Assembly (NCBI GenBank): GCA_964633895.1
Contig: CAZWIK010000007.1
Location: 104-64,103 of the forward strand
From: an uncultured Enterobacteriaceae bacterium
GTDB lineage: Bacteria > Verrucomicrobiota > Verrucomicrobiia > Opitutales > UBA953
Length of the DNA stretch: 64,000 bases
Direction of reading: 5' to 3'
Shown: positions 1 to 8,215 of the stretch, piece after piece
Layout of the letters: each line of letters begins with the position of its first letter
Position numbering within the stretch: the stretch's first letter is position 1
Translations under genes and position numbers: made by a program
The notes under the pieces: generated by a model
Told to the model about the DNA's origin: nothing
The model's database searches: none
Seen by the model: the letters and a program-made list of their open reading frames with translations, nothing else

Positions 1-871
1 CGACTTTCAGGTAAAGCGGGCTTGCCCACCTGTTGTAGTTGTCGGTTTTTTCACCTGAGTCCAGTCGAAGTCGAAACGAAAATGAAAAACTTTCTTGGTG
101 TTTGGAGTATCGCTGTGAAAGCGGAAGCCCAAGTGCCGGGCGAAAGACTTTATCTGTCTGTTTTCCCGGGTCGATTAAATCGTGTTCGATTTTTCCCCAT
201 TTTAAAGGGGTGGAGCCATTACACGCCTTGCCGCAGCGAAATGATTTTAGGAATTCCGAGGCGCATTCTACCGCTTTTTCTGAAGAGTTTTTCATATCCC
301 CGATAGACAATACGACGGCATTTTTCAGACCGGAGCCGCCCAAGTAAGCTTTAAGTTCGTCAAGCGTCCGCGGAATATCCGTCCACTCGTCCCCATTGCA
401 GAGAACCTTTTTCGGGTAAATCGGGCCGAAAGTTCTTCTGGAACGCGAGCCGAGCGAGCCAAGATAAAGAAAGGCTTTGAGGGCGGCTTCGAAATCCGGG
501 CTGTCGGATTTATCAATGATTTGAATTCTCGCGGTTTGATTGGCGGGGAAATAGGCTTTGGGGTCGTTGCGGGTCCAGAGTCCGAGGAAGTAGTTGAAAT
601 TTTTTGGAGCGATTTCTTGCGGTGTCCCTTGCGCGCATTCCTTCGGAGACTCTGTTACTCGGACGATAATTTTGCTTGCCTGCTCCTTGCCTTTTCCGGT
701 GCCGATTCCACCGAAAATATCTTTTTCCCGCTCTTTCGTTCCGCCGAGAACGCGAAACCAATGCCGCAACATTCCGCGAATGGACGGGGCGCGGAATTCG
801 GCGTTGTCCTCCTCGCCGCCTCGGGAAATACACGGCGTCACTAAATCCAGTTCGATGTCATATTTTTTCAT
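1..871 (-). CDS. cmr1: CRISPR type III-B RAMP Cmr1 (partial, runs off left edge; not in ORF track)
   Basis: Manual translation from the ATG at 871: MKKYDIELDLVTPCISRGGEEDNAEFRAPSIRGMLRHWFRVLGG...NRWASPLYLKV, open to position 1. The TP/xRxPSIRGxLRxWFR and ASPL motifs are typical of Cmr1. It lies directly downstream of cmr6. Confidence 0.9.
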   Translation of the reverse strand, partial: MKKYDIELDLVTPCISRGGEEDNAEFRAPSIRGMLRHWFRVLGGTKEREKDIFGGIGTGKGKEQASKIIVRVTESPKECAQGTPQEIAPKNFNYFLGLWTRNDPKAYFPANQTARIQIIDKSDSPDFEAALKAFLYLGSLGSRSRRTFGPIYPKKVLCNGDEWTDIPRTLDELKAYLGGSGLKNAVVLSIGDMKNSSEKAVECASEFLKSFRCGKACNGSTPLKWGKIEHDLIDPGKQTDKVFRPALGLPLSQRYSKHQESFSFSFRLRLDSGEKTDNYNRWASPLYLKV

Positions 872-892
872 GGGCGTCGTTTCTTTTTTTTG

Positions 893-1999
893 TCATTTTC
901 CATACCGTTCTCGCGCCTCTTCTTCGCCGAAAATAGCAATGATGTTGGCGTAAGCGAGACCTTTGCCCTTTTTGTAAAGGTCTTTGATTTTGTTATTTTG
1001 TCCGGGTTTGAAATTATCGGCGGCTGATTTGAACGTGGCTTTTTCCGCATCGGAAAGTTCTTTTTTCAGAAAATCCCCGATTTCGGAATTTTTCATTTCA
1101 CAAATTTTCGAGACCTCGGGACCGGCGTCTAAGATGTCTAGCTTCTTATCGAGCGTTTTGTTTTCTTCAAACCATCCGTAGCCCGCGGCAGTTTTTGCGC
1201 CGATGCCGTTAGTCGTGAGCGCGTCTTTGAGACTTTTTTCGGCGAAGTCCAAATCAGCGTCGGTTTTGAGAGGCACAATGCAGAAGCAGAATCCGACTCC
1301 GGCGTCGACGGCGGGAAAAGGCTGCGGATTCGGATCTTCGAAATCCCACGCGTGATCAAGGGTGGTAGTATAGTATTTCGGATGGTGGCAAGTGCAGACG
1401 TCTACTCTCAGCATTGCGGCGCGGTCGCCGAACGGCGTCGCAGCGAGAAACGCGACTGTTCCCGCGCTGCATTTCGGTGCCGTCTCCGTGCCGTATTTTT
1501 CCGGAGAGACTTCTTTTTTGAGGAACGCATCCAAGTCTTTATCACCGGTCGGGAATCCGAATGTCGCCGCGATTTTTTCGGCGATTTCCTTCTTGGCGGG
1601 ATCGTCCGTTTTCATTTTCATCTTCTCATTCCAGCTTTCCCATGCGGCGTGGCGGGCGACTCCTTTGACTGCCGCGCCGGGAATGTAGGGATAGTTGAAA
1701 TGCGGGTGCAGACAAAGCCCGCAGTTTTCAAGCACGCCTCCGGAGTGGTTTACGATGAGCCTTCCGCTGAGCTTCATCACGAATGTTTTAGCTCCTTTCG
1801 GTCGTAAAATGAAATCGTCGTGCCGATTGTTCGTGTGCGCGTTGTCGTTGTAATAGTTTACAAAATCTTTAATGAGTTTTGATTTTTCATTGCCCTCTTT
1901 GGCGGGAACGCTCATGAATTTCGAATAGCGCAGAGACGGCGATTCGCATTCCCGCAGACCGCCCATTGCCTGAGTGACATTTTCGTTGATGCAGGTCAT
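893..1999 (-). CDS. cmr6: CRISPR type III-B RAMP Cmr6
   Basis: Motifs LHPHFNYPYIPGAAVKG, DVCTCHHPKYY, DFEDPNPQPF and C-terminal GIGAKTAAGYG; position in a cmr operon. Confidence 0.93.
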   Translation of the reverse strand: MTCINENVTQAMGGLRECESPSLRYSKFMSVPAKEGNEKSKLIKDFVNYYNDNAHTNNRHDDFILRPKGAKTFVMKLSGRLIVNHSGGVLENCGLCLHPHFNYPYIPGAAVKGVARHAAWESWNEKMKMKTDDPAKKEIAEKIAATFGFPTGDKDLDAFLKKEVSPEKYGTETAPKCSAGTVAFLAATPFGDRAAMLRVDVCTCHHPKYYTTTLDHAWDFEDPNPQPFPAVDAGVGFCFCIVPLKTDADLDFAEKSLKDALTTNGIGAKTAAGYGWFEENKTLDKKLDILDAGPEVSKICEMKNSEIGDFLKKELSDAEKATFKSAADNFKPGQNNKIKDLYKKGKGLAYANIIAIFGEEEARERYGK

Positions 2000-2013
2000 G
2001 ATCTTTCGCTTTT

Positions 2014-2355
2014 TTAGGCAAACCGCCGCAGATAGTTAAGATACGCCATCGTTTCCGCCGTGATGAGTCGAATCCGGTCTGAATTCTCTTTGACGAGATG
2101 TTCGATGAATTCGTCGAGCTTCATCTCTCGATCATCAAGGTAGGCGATTTGGGGATCGGCAAGATGCCAGATGATTGCCTCGAAAACGTTCTTGTAGCCT
2201 TCGCCGGTCTCTTTGGCGAAAGCTGCCGCGGCAATGATGCCGTTGTCGAGAATCATTGCGGGAACCTTTTTGGCGACGGATTCCCCGCCGCCTGCTCCGG
2301 TTCCGATTTTCATGTTCAGCGCGTTTTTCGCGCGGATTTGTTCAAGGTTTTTCAT
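2014..2355 (-). CDS. cmr5: CRISPR type III-B small subunit Cmr5
   Basis: 113 aa helical protein with LEQIRAKNA, KVPAMILDNG and YLNYLRRFA, between cmr4 and cmr6. Confidence 0.92.
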   Translation of the reverse strand: MKNLEQIRAKNALNMKIGTGAGGGESVAKKVPAMILDNGIIAAAAFAKETGEGYKNVFEAIIWHLADPQIAYLDDREMKLDEFIEHLVKENSDRIRLITAETMAYLNYLRRFA

Positions 2356-2374
2356 TGTTGGTTCCTGTTTGCAT

Positions 2375-3232
2375 TTAGCGGAAATTGACGGAGCAGAAGC
2401 CGAGTCCGATGGTGGCGTCTCCGCCGACCTGAATGATGCTCTCGCTTTGCTTGATTTTTTCCTCGAGGGCGTTCAAATCGTCCGTTGCCGTTTTTTTTGC
2501 AGAGCCGACCAGTGCATAAAAAAGCGTTTCCGAGGGAATCTGCTCCTGGTTGAAGAGTGCGCCTCCGGCAACCGTTCCCGTTTTATCGTCGATGCGGATG
2601 CGGGTGACGATTTCGCATGCGTTTTCGACGAAGTAGGAGAAAATTTCGTCGCTGACGATGACCAAGCGTTCCTGAGGATTCCAGACCGTGTCGTCGGGAA
2701 CAAGTGTTTTCAGTGCTTCGGCGAGCTGTTTCGGAATTTCTCCCGCGCGTTCGAATTTGTATTCTTCAAGAACGACGCTGTTGTTTTTAAAAACGACTTC
2801 CGTTCCCGCGAGGCATTTTTCTTCCGTGATTTTATCGAATTCGGCGTCGAGCTCGAATGAAGCGCCGGCGTCGCGCTTGAATTTTTTGAGCGCGTGCGGA
2901 CAGGTAATCCACGCGAATGCGCCTTTGGCGGAGCGCAGCGGAAAGGCGAGCACGCGCGCTTCTCCGATGAGGAGCGAGCCGGAGAAGGCGTTCGCATCAT
3001 CGTCGCTTCCGAAGAGTCGCTGCAATGCCGAATCTTTTTTTCGTTTTTTCCCGTCGAGATTTTCGTCGTCGTTCCAGAGATCGGCGAGCACTCCTTTGAG
3101 CGACGATCCAGGGATGATCGGCGTCTTGGTGTGGCGTTCCCGCATGACGGGCGAATCGACGACGCCGACGGAATTTCCGGCTCCGACGTGAAGCGGCGTG
3201 CGTGTGAAGAGGGTGATGAGTTTGGTGTGCAT
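2375..3232 (-). CDS. cmr4: CRISPR type III-B backbone/RNase Cmr4
   Basis: Likely start MHTKLITLF at 3232. Has TPLHVGAG, GVVDSPVMRE (catalytic Asp retained), PGSSLKG and QVGGDATIGLG. Confidence 0.95.
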   Translation of the reverse strand: MHTKLITLFTRTPLHVGAGNSVGVVDSPVMRERHTKTPIIPGSSLKGVLADLWNDDENLDGKKRKKDSALQRLFGSDDDANAFSGSLLIGEARVLAFPLRSAKGAFAWITCPHALKKFKRDAGASFELDAEFDKITEEKCLAGTEVVFKNNSVVLEEYKFERAGEIPKQLAEALKTLVPDDTVWNPQERLVIVSDEIFSYFVENACEIVTRIRIDDKTGTVAGGALFNQEQIPSETLFYALVGSAKKTATDDLNALEEKIKQSESIIQVGGDATIGLGFCSVNFR

Positions 3233-3273
3233 AATATTTTTCGTTAACTGTTTTTTAGAAGGTGAAATGAATT

Positions 3274-4605
3274 TTAAAAACTGTCGTTGCCGACCTGCCA
3301 TTCGGAACAGACGCCGAGACCGTAGCCGGCTTCACCGAGCAAATCGGATTTGACCTTGCCGTGGAGCGCGGAGCAGAGCGCCGCCGCATCTTCTTCGGAT
3401 GAGCATTCGAAATAATAAACGCTTCCGGCGGGAACGAGCAGTCTCGTCGGTTTGGGCGCGCCGCCGCCGTCCGAGCAGGAATCTTTGCAGTTTCGCGCTG
3501 CATTGATTTTCCATCCGGATACAGGAACGGCTTTCGGAATGCGTGCGGCGACGAGTTTTGCGGAAATGGGTTGCGCATTGCGGTGCGCTCGCGCCCGCCA
3601 CGCTTCGCGGGATTCGCCGGTTTCGCGCGGCGGGATTTGTCGGAGGAGACGGACATCGCCTAATGTCGCGTCGACGAAGGTCGGTCGCCATCCCGCGTTG
3701 AAGAGCGCAGGAGAGAGCAAAGTCCATTTGACGCGCGTCCCTGCAATTTTCGGCGAGGCGGGCAGCGGCAAATCGCCGTCTGCGCTTTCGATGCGGACCA
3801 TGCCGCGTTGTCCTCCGAAGATCAACGCAGGTTTTGATTTTTCCTTTTCGAGAAATTTTTCCCAAAGGTCGGTTTCTCCGCAGGCACTTACGGAAATCGC
3901 GCTCAGAATCGCGAGCATGGAAACATCCGGCAACAGGCGCAGATATTCCGTCGAGTAAAATTTGCCGTCTTCTGCCGTTCCCGTGGAAGGGGCGATGCCG
4001 ATGCCCGGTCGGGCTTCGGTCTGGAACATCGCGTCGTCGCCGAGCAGTTCGGCAGGTTCTCTGCCATTGTCTGCGAGACTGATTTTTTCGATGTTTCCGC
4101 GGAGATACTCTTTCAACGCATCGGCGGAAATCCAGCGTCCGAGCGTTTTCTTGGTGGGCGTGAGATTTTTCCAGAGCACATGCGTCAACGGACGGGGAAG
4201 ATTGCCGTCGCAGTCGGCGGGAACGGGCGTTGGGAGCAGTTGGGCGACTTCCGTCGTGTCGTCCCGCTCGTTCAAGACAAGGTCGGCGGGAATCGGGAAA
4301 TAGAGTTTGCCGTTTTTTTGCGGGAACGGTCCGAGCGTTTTTGTGCCGCCGAAAACCGCTTTGGTCCGGGCAAGTTCAAAATTGTCCCGCATCAGCGTGT
4401 TCTTTCTGCGCGGGTGTTGATGCGTTTTGGCGAACGAGCAGATTTCCGCGTCGGAAAAACTGCGGTGAAAAGCAGAGAGCACGGCGGCGCGCCACATGTG
4501 CGGGAACGGCCATTGCGCGCCGTTCCCGTCGGCTGCGCCGCCGAGCGGTTTGCCGTCTCGGAAATAGAGCACGTCGCGGGGAAAAAGAGTGATTTTGTGT
4601 GGCAT
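3274..4605 (-). CDS. cmr3: CRISPR type III-B Cmr3
   Basis: Motifs PRDVLYFRDGKP, EARPGIGI, FGGQRG, VPAGSVYYF and GYGLG. Confidence 0.93.
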   Translation of the reverse strand: MPHKITLFPRDVLYFRDGKPLGGAADGNGAQWPFPHMWRAAVLSAFHRSFSDAEICSFAKTHQHPRRKNTLMRDNFELARTKAVFGGTKTLGPFPQKNGKLYFPIPADLVLNERDDTTEVAQLLPTPVPADCDGNLPRPLTHVLWKNLTPTKKTLGRWISADALKEYLRGNIEKISLADNGREPAELLGDDAMFQTEARPGIGIAPSTGTAEDGKFYSTEYLRLLPDVSMLAILSAISVSACGETDLWEKFLEKEKSKPALIFGGQRGMVRIESADGDLPLPASPKIAGTRVKWTLLSPALFNAGWRPTFVDATLGDVRLLRQIPPRETGESREAWRARAHRNAQPISAKLVAARIPKAVPVSGWKINAARNCKDSCSDGGGAPKPTRLLVPAGSVYYFECSSEEDAAALCSALHGKVKSDLLGEAGYGLGVCSEWQVGNDSF

Positions 4606-4639
4606 GATGAGTTTTCTGTATTTTGAGCGAGCGGGGCGG

Positions 4640-6331
4640 TCAGCGGTTGCGGTAAATGAATGCTGTCGTCAGGAAAAGTTTTACGAAATCTCCGAGACAA
4701 CGTTGCGGAGCTTTGAGCGAATCGATGTAGTTTTTGCAGAGCACCTGCAATTCCGTCCGCGTTTCTTCTTCTTCGCGCAGAAGTTGTCGGTCGAGCACTG
4801 CTTTGATTTCCTTCTCGAGAATCTGTGAAATGTCGTCGATGGCGACGGTCAGTCGTCCTTTATCCAAAGCGTAAGGTGCAATCCTTTCGGAGAGCGCGTA
4901 GGGAAACCGCGCGGAAATGCATCCGGAGTGTTGGCACTCGCAATATATTTTGAAAAGCCGCCGCTCCGGAGACGGAGATTCCGGATTGTCGGCACTGCTC
5001 CATTTCCCGCCCCAATGGATGATTTCGCCTCCGCGTTTCAAAAGCGAAAACGCGAACGCCGAGCGCGAGTATTCGTTTTTCGCGCGCGATTCGGCTTTCT
5101 GTGCTTCTTTAATCATACGTTGGAGCGGATATTCTTTGTGCGCGATTGCGATTCCGCAGGAGACATCCGCCGGAGAACCGGAGCGATCCTTTCCGATGCA
5201 TTTTTTGAACTCGTCGCGCAATTCACAGACGCAATCAAAAACACGCTCTGCCGGAAGCATTGCCAGCACGTCGTCTCCACCGGCATAAACCAATTGTCCT
5301 TTGTATTTGCGGACAATCGACCTTGCCTCGCAGTTGGAGAACTTTGCCAGGCGTTTGGAAAACTCTTTATGGTGTGCCTGCAAATCAGATGTTTTCTCAA
5401 GCATACGGTCGCCGTTCATCCATTTGCCCATTTGGTCGCCGTCCATTGCGATGACGGCGACATACGGATTGTTTTCGTCCGAATTTTCCCTGGCGATATC
5501 GGGAACGGAGTTGTAGGAAACCTCTTTGTAAAAATCATTTTGGGATGACGTGAAATGTTTTTTTCTGAGAAATTCTTCATGCCAAAAGCGTTTTATGATG
5601 GAAATGGCACCGTATGGACCTTTGTCCCGTTCGTTTTCCGCCCAGAGATTTTCCTGAAATTTTTTGTCGCCGATGATTTCTTCTCGACCCGTGAGCGCGT
5701 CTTTCGGCGTACCTTCCGCGTCCGCATCCGCTGCTGTTTGATCGAACTCGCGCGTGTTTCGCCGTGCCGCAAGCAGCTTTTGACAGCGCGTGAATGCGGT
5801 TTTGTAGGTGAATTTGCCGCTCGGGGCTTCTGCCGGACACGTCTGCCACGTGATTTCGGGAAACTGCTCAATTTGCTTGTCCCAGCGTTCCTGCCAAGCG
5901 TCTTTCGCGCCTTTTTTTTCTTTCAGGAAAAGCCAGACGTCATCGGCAATTGATTTGAATTCGCTACGGAACGCGGCTTCCGCCGCCGCCGCGCATTTTT
6001 TGGCTACGTCTGCGGGAACGATGGCGAGAAAGCGGTTGGGCATTGCCGGATTAAGCAGCTCGGGGGCATTTTTCTCCGTTTCCTCCGTTCCTTTTCGGCA
6101 ACACAGCTTATAAACGCCAAGTTCGCTCAATCGCGGGAACACGATGGTTTCGTCGACTGCGTTCCTCCGATCGCTCGAGACGAGCGCGGCCGCAGCTGCC
6201 GCCATCAGATAGGAAAGCATGTAAGAGCCGCTCCAAAAATCTCGCGTGGAACGTGCGGCGGCGATAAAAGTTTGAACCGGTCCCGCTTGAAAAATGACGA
6301 GACTTTTTTTGTCGGTTGATGGTTGATTCAT
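4640..6331 (-). CDS. cas10: Cas10/Cmr2 large subunit, HD-less, GGDD palm intact
   Basis: Start moved to the ATG at 6331 (MNQPSTDKKSLVIFQAGPVQTFIAAARSTRDFWSGSY). Has MDGDQMG and VYAGGDDVLAML. The upstream part of the track ORF overlaps the DUF1232 gene. Confidence 0.93.
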   Translation of the reverse strand: MNQPSTDKKSLVIFQAGPVQTFIAAARSTRDFWSGSYMLSYLMAAAAAALVSSDRRNAVDETIVFPRLSELGVYKLCCRKGTEETEKNAPELLNPAMPNRFLAIVPADVAKKCAAAAEAAFRSEFKSIADDVWLFLKEKKGAKDAWQERWDKQIEQFPEITWQTCPAEAPSGKFTYKTAFTRCQKLLAARRNTREFDQTAADADAEGTPKDALTGREEIIGDKKFQENLWAENERDKGPYGAISIIKRFWHEEFLRKKHFTSSQNDFYKEVSYNSVPDIARENSDENNPYVAVIAMDGDQMGKWMNGDRMLEKTSDLQAHHKEFSKRLAKFSNCEARSIVRKYKGQLVYAGGDDVLAMLPAERVFDCVCELRDEFKKCIGKDRSGSPADVSCGIAIAHKEYPLQRMIKEAQKAESRAKNEYSRSAFAFSLLKRGGEIIHWGGKWSSADNPESPSPERRLFKIYCECQHSGCISARFPYALSERIAPYALDKGRLTVAIDDISQILEKEIKAVLDRQLLREEEETRTELQVLCKNYIDSLKAPQRCLGDFVKLFLTTAFIYRNR

Positions 6332-6441
6332 AGGGTAAAAAATATTTGCGTGAAAGGGGCTGTTTTTGGGGTGGAAAAAAGTAATCCGTTCGAAGCTCGT
6401 GGTTGTCGATGTTTTTTGTGCAGACTCAATTTCGGAGCGGA

Positions 6442-6843
6442 TTAGGTTGATGCCGTTCGTGAAGCACGGATGCAGTCGGAATTCTTTTTCGTCGCTCGCC
6501 ATTTGCGGTAGGCGGTCAAGTCGTCGGATATGGAGGAGATGACTGCCATGATGACGAGCGCATCGTCGGAAAGACCGACAACGGGAAGCGGATCGGGAAT
6601 AGCGTCGATCGGACTGGCGAGATATAAGAGCGCTGCAGCGGCTTTCGCGATCGTCGACCACGGGACTTTTCGATAGTCTCCGTTTATATAATCGCGGATC
6701 ATTTGTAAGAGCGTTCCGATGATCTCAAAAACTTTGCCGAGTTTCTTGCCTTTTTCAATAATGGTCGTTTTTTGAGCGAGAACGTCGGCGACGTCTTTGT
6801 TGGCGGTGGTATTGACGAATTCGTTGCTGGTTTTTTCAGTCAT
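6442..6843 (-). CDS. YkvA/DUF1232 family membrane protein
   Basis: LLYLASPIDAIPDPLPVVGLSDDALV matches the DUF1232 signature YxxSPIDxIPDxxPxxGxxDD. Confidence 0.88.
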   Translation of the reverse strand: MTEKTSNEFVNTTANKDVADVLAQKTTIIEKGKKLGKVFEIIGTLLQMIRDYINGDYRKVPWSTIAKAAAALLYLASPIDAIPDPLPVVGLSDDALVIMAVISSISDDLTAYRKWRATKKNSDCIRASRTAST

Positions 6844-6848
6844 GGTAA

Positions 6849-7016
6849 TTAAGAAGAGAAGGAGTCGTTTATTTTTTTTGTTTTCGATTGTTTTTTCCCG
6901 GAGACATAGATAAGCCCCGCTATGGCGAGACCGCCGGCGATGATAAGCACTGGCGCGCCGGACGCGGCTATAGCTACGCTTGTCCCGATTTTAATTGCAA
7001 TAAAGGGAGGATTCAT
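6849..7016 (-). CDS. 55-aa Gly-rich single-TM micropeptide (not in ORF track)
   Basis: Manual translation MNPPFIAIKIGTSVAIAASGAPVLIIAGGLAIAGLIYVSGKKQSKTKKINDSFSS. Tightly packed between neighbours (3 and 5 bp gaps). Confidence 0.65.
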   Translation of the reverse strand: MNPPFIAIKIGTSVAIAASGAPVLIIAGGLAIAGLIYVSGKKQSKTKKINDSFSS

Positions 7017-7019
7017 TTT

Positions 7020-7211
7020 TCAGTTTTTAGCGTTTTGAAGCGAATTCGGAGTGCTTTCTCCTTTTGAATGCGGCAAGCCCTTTTCGTGGCGCGCCTTTGC
7101 GACGCCGTAGAGGGCAATTCCTGCCGCGATCCCGCCAGCAACGATGATTGCCGCAGGTCCGAGCGCGTGAACTGTTATTCCTCCGCAGGTGATTAAGATT
7201 CGTGATGCCAT
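7020..7211 (-). CDS. 63-aa Gly-rich single-TM micropeptide, paralog-like to 6849-7016
   Basis: IIVAGGIAAGIALYG followed by a basic tail; same strand and abutting the next small ORF. Confidence 0.65.
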   Translation of the reverse strand: MASRILITCGGITVHALGPAAIIVAGGIAAGIALYGVAKARHEKGLPHSKGESTPNSLQNAKN

Positions 7212-7354
7212 GTCAGTAGATTCCTTTCAAGAAGAAGTTGTTGTTGTCGGTTAAAATCAAGTTAAAGCGAAACGGATGTGAAAAAATATTTAAAAGAACG
7301 TTGTTAAAATTAGAAAGATGTGTGGAATAAGAGATCATGTTTAACCCCCCCCCC

Positions 7355-7382
7355 AAGGTAATGATATTTTTCTGCGTGTCAA
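7355..7382 (-). promoter_or_regulatory. Candidate sigma70 promoter for the micropeptide-DUF1232-cmr operon
   Basis: Minus strand TTGACA (7382-7377), 16 nt spacer, TACCTT (7360-7355), then a G10 tract (7354-7345) and an AT-rich leader. Confidence 0.45.
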
Positions 7383-7531
7383 CAAAAAAATATAAACGTC
7401 CTCTCTTGCGGACTTCGCTTGTTCCCGAGCGGGAGACATTCTGCGCTCGTTCCGCCCCCCCCCCTTGGAGCTTTCTCTTTTGCGCGCGTTCCCGCGCGGG
7501 AACGATTTTTTTTACGGGAGCGCGGGAACGG

Positions 7532-8215
7532 TCAGAATTTCAGTTTGATGGAAATTCCGGCGGAATCGGTCGGCGCGTCGTCGGTTTCGCTTCGAGCGTC
7601 GAATGCGCGCGTCCGGCGGAAATCGAAATTCAATTCCGCCGAGGGCGAAAGCAGGTAGGAAAATCCGAAGCCGCCGCCGAAGCCGTAATTTTTCGCGTAG
7701 TCGGCTGACGTCTCCGTGGAAACGTTGCCGAGCGTCAGCGTGGAGACGCCGTAAAGTTTGATTCGCGAGGAAATTTCCAGCGGAATGCGCGCGTCGATCC
7801 AGATTCGGTCGTCGCGGCTGTTGTCCGCCGCCTTGTCGGAAAGATATTCGCGCCCGCCGCCGTATTGGTCGTATAAATCGCCGTTCCCGAAATAAAATCC
7901 AGATTCCGCGCGCGCTTCGGGCGTTGTCTGCGGCGGGAGTTCCGCCTCCGCGAAAACGCGACCGTCCGCGTCAAGCGCGAAAGAGGGCGTTCCCGTTGCT
8001 GCCGTCGCGGGTTGTTTGTCGTCGGGTTCATCGTCTGCCACGGGAATGGTCGTCGCCGCGCCAGCCGCAGAAAGTCGCCGTTCCCGCGCGGCGTCCGATT
8101 CCGTCGCGCGCGTTTCATGAAAATTTTTGCCGTGGAAAAAAAACGCGACGCCGAGCGTTCCCGCGAGGACGGCGGGAATCAGCGCGACGACGAACTTAGT
8201 TTTTTTCCGAAGCAT
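7532..8215 (-). CDS. Membrane/exported protein with outer-membrane beta-strand-like C-terminus
   Basis: N-terminal hydrophobic segment, alternating beta pattern and terminal ISIKLKF. Start overlaps the MATE stop region. Confidence 0.55.
   Translation of the reverse strand: MLRKKTKFVVALIPAVLAGTLGVAFFFHGKNFHETRATESDAARERRLSAAGAATTIPVADDEPDDKQPATAATGTPSFALDADGRVFAEAELPPQTTPEARAESGFYFGNGDLYDQYGGGREYLSDKAADNSRDDRIWIDARIPLEISSRIKLYGVSTLTLGNVSTETSADYAKNYGFGGGFGFSYLLSPSAELNFDFRRTRAFDARSETDDAPTDSAGISIKLKF

Noticed and set aside
6332-6661. N-terminal extension of Cas10 in the ORF track as a novel domain
   Set aside because: It overlaps the DUF1232 gene in another frame and reads as non-coding. The conserved Cas10 start motif begins after the ATG at 6331.
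1-7400. CRISPR repeat-spacer array near the cmr genes
   Set aside because: No regularly spaced 25-40 bp direct repeats are seen; the AT-rich 7220-7400 region has no repeat units. An array may lie outside the window.
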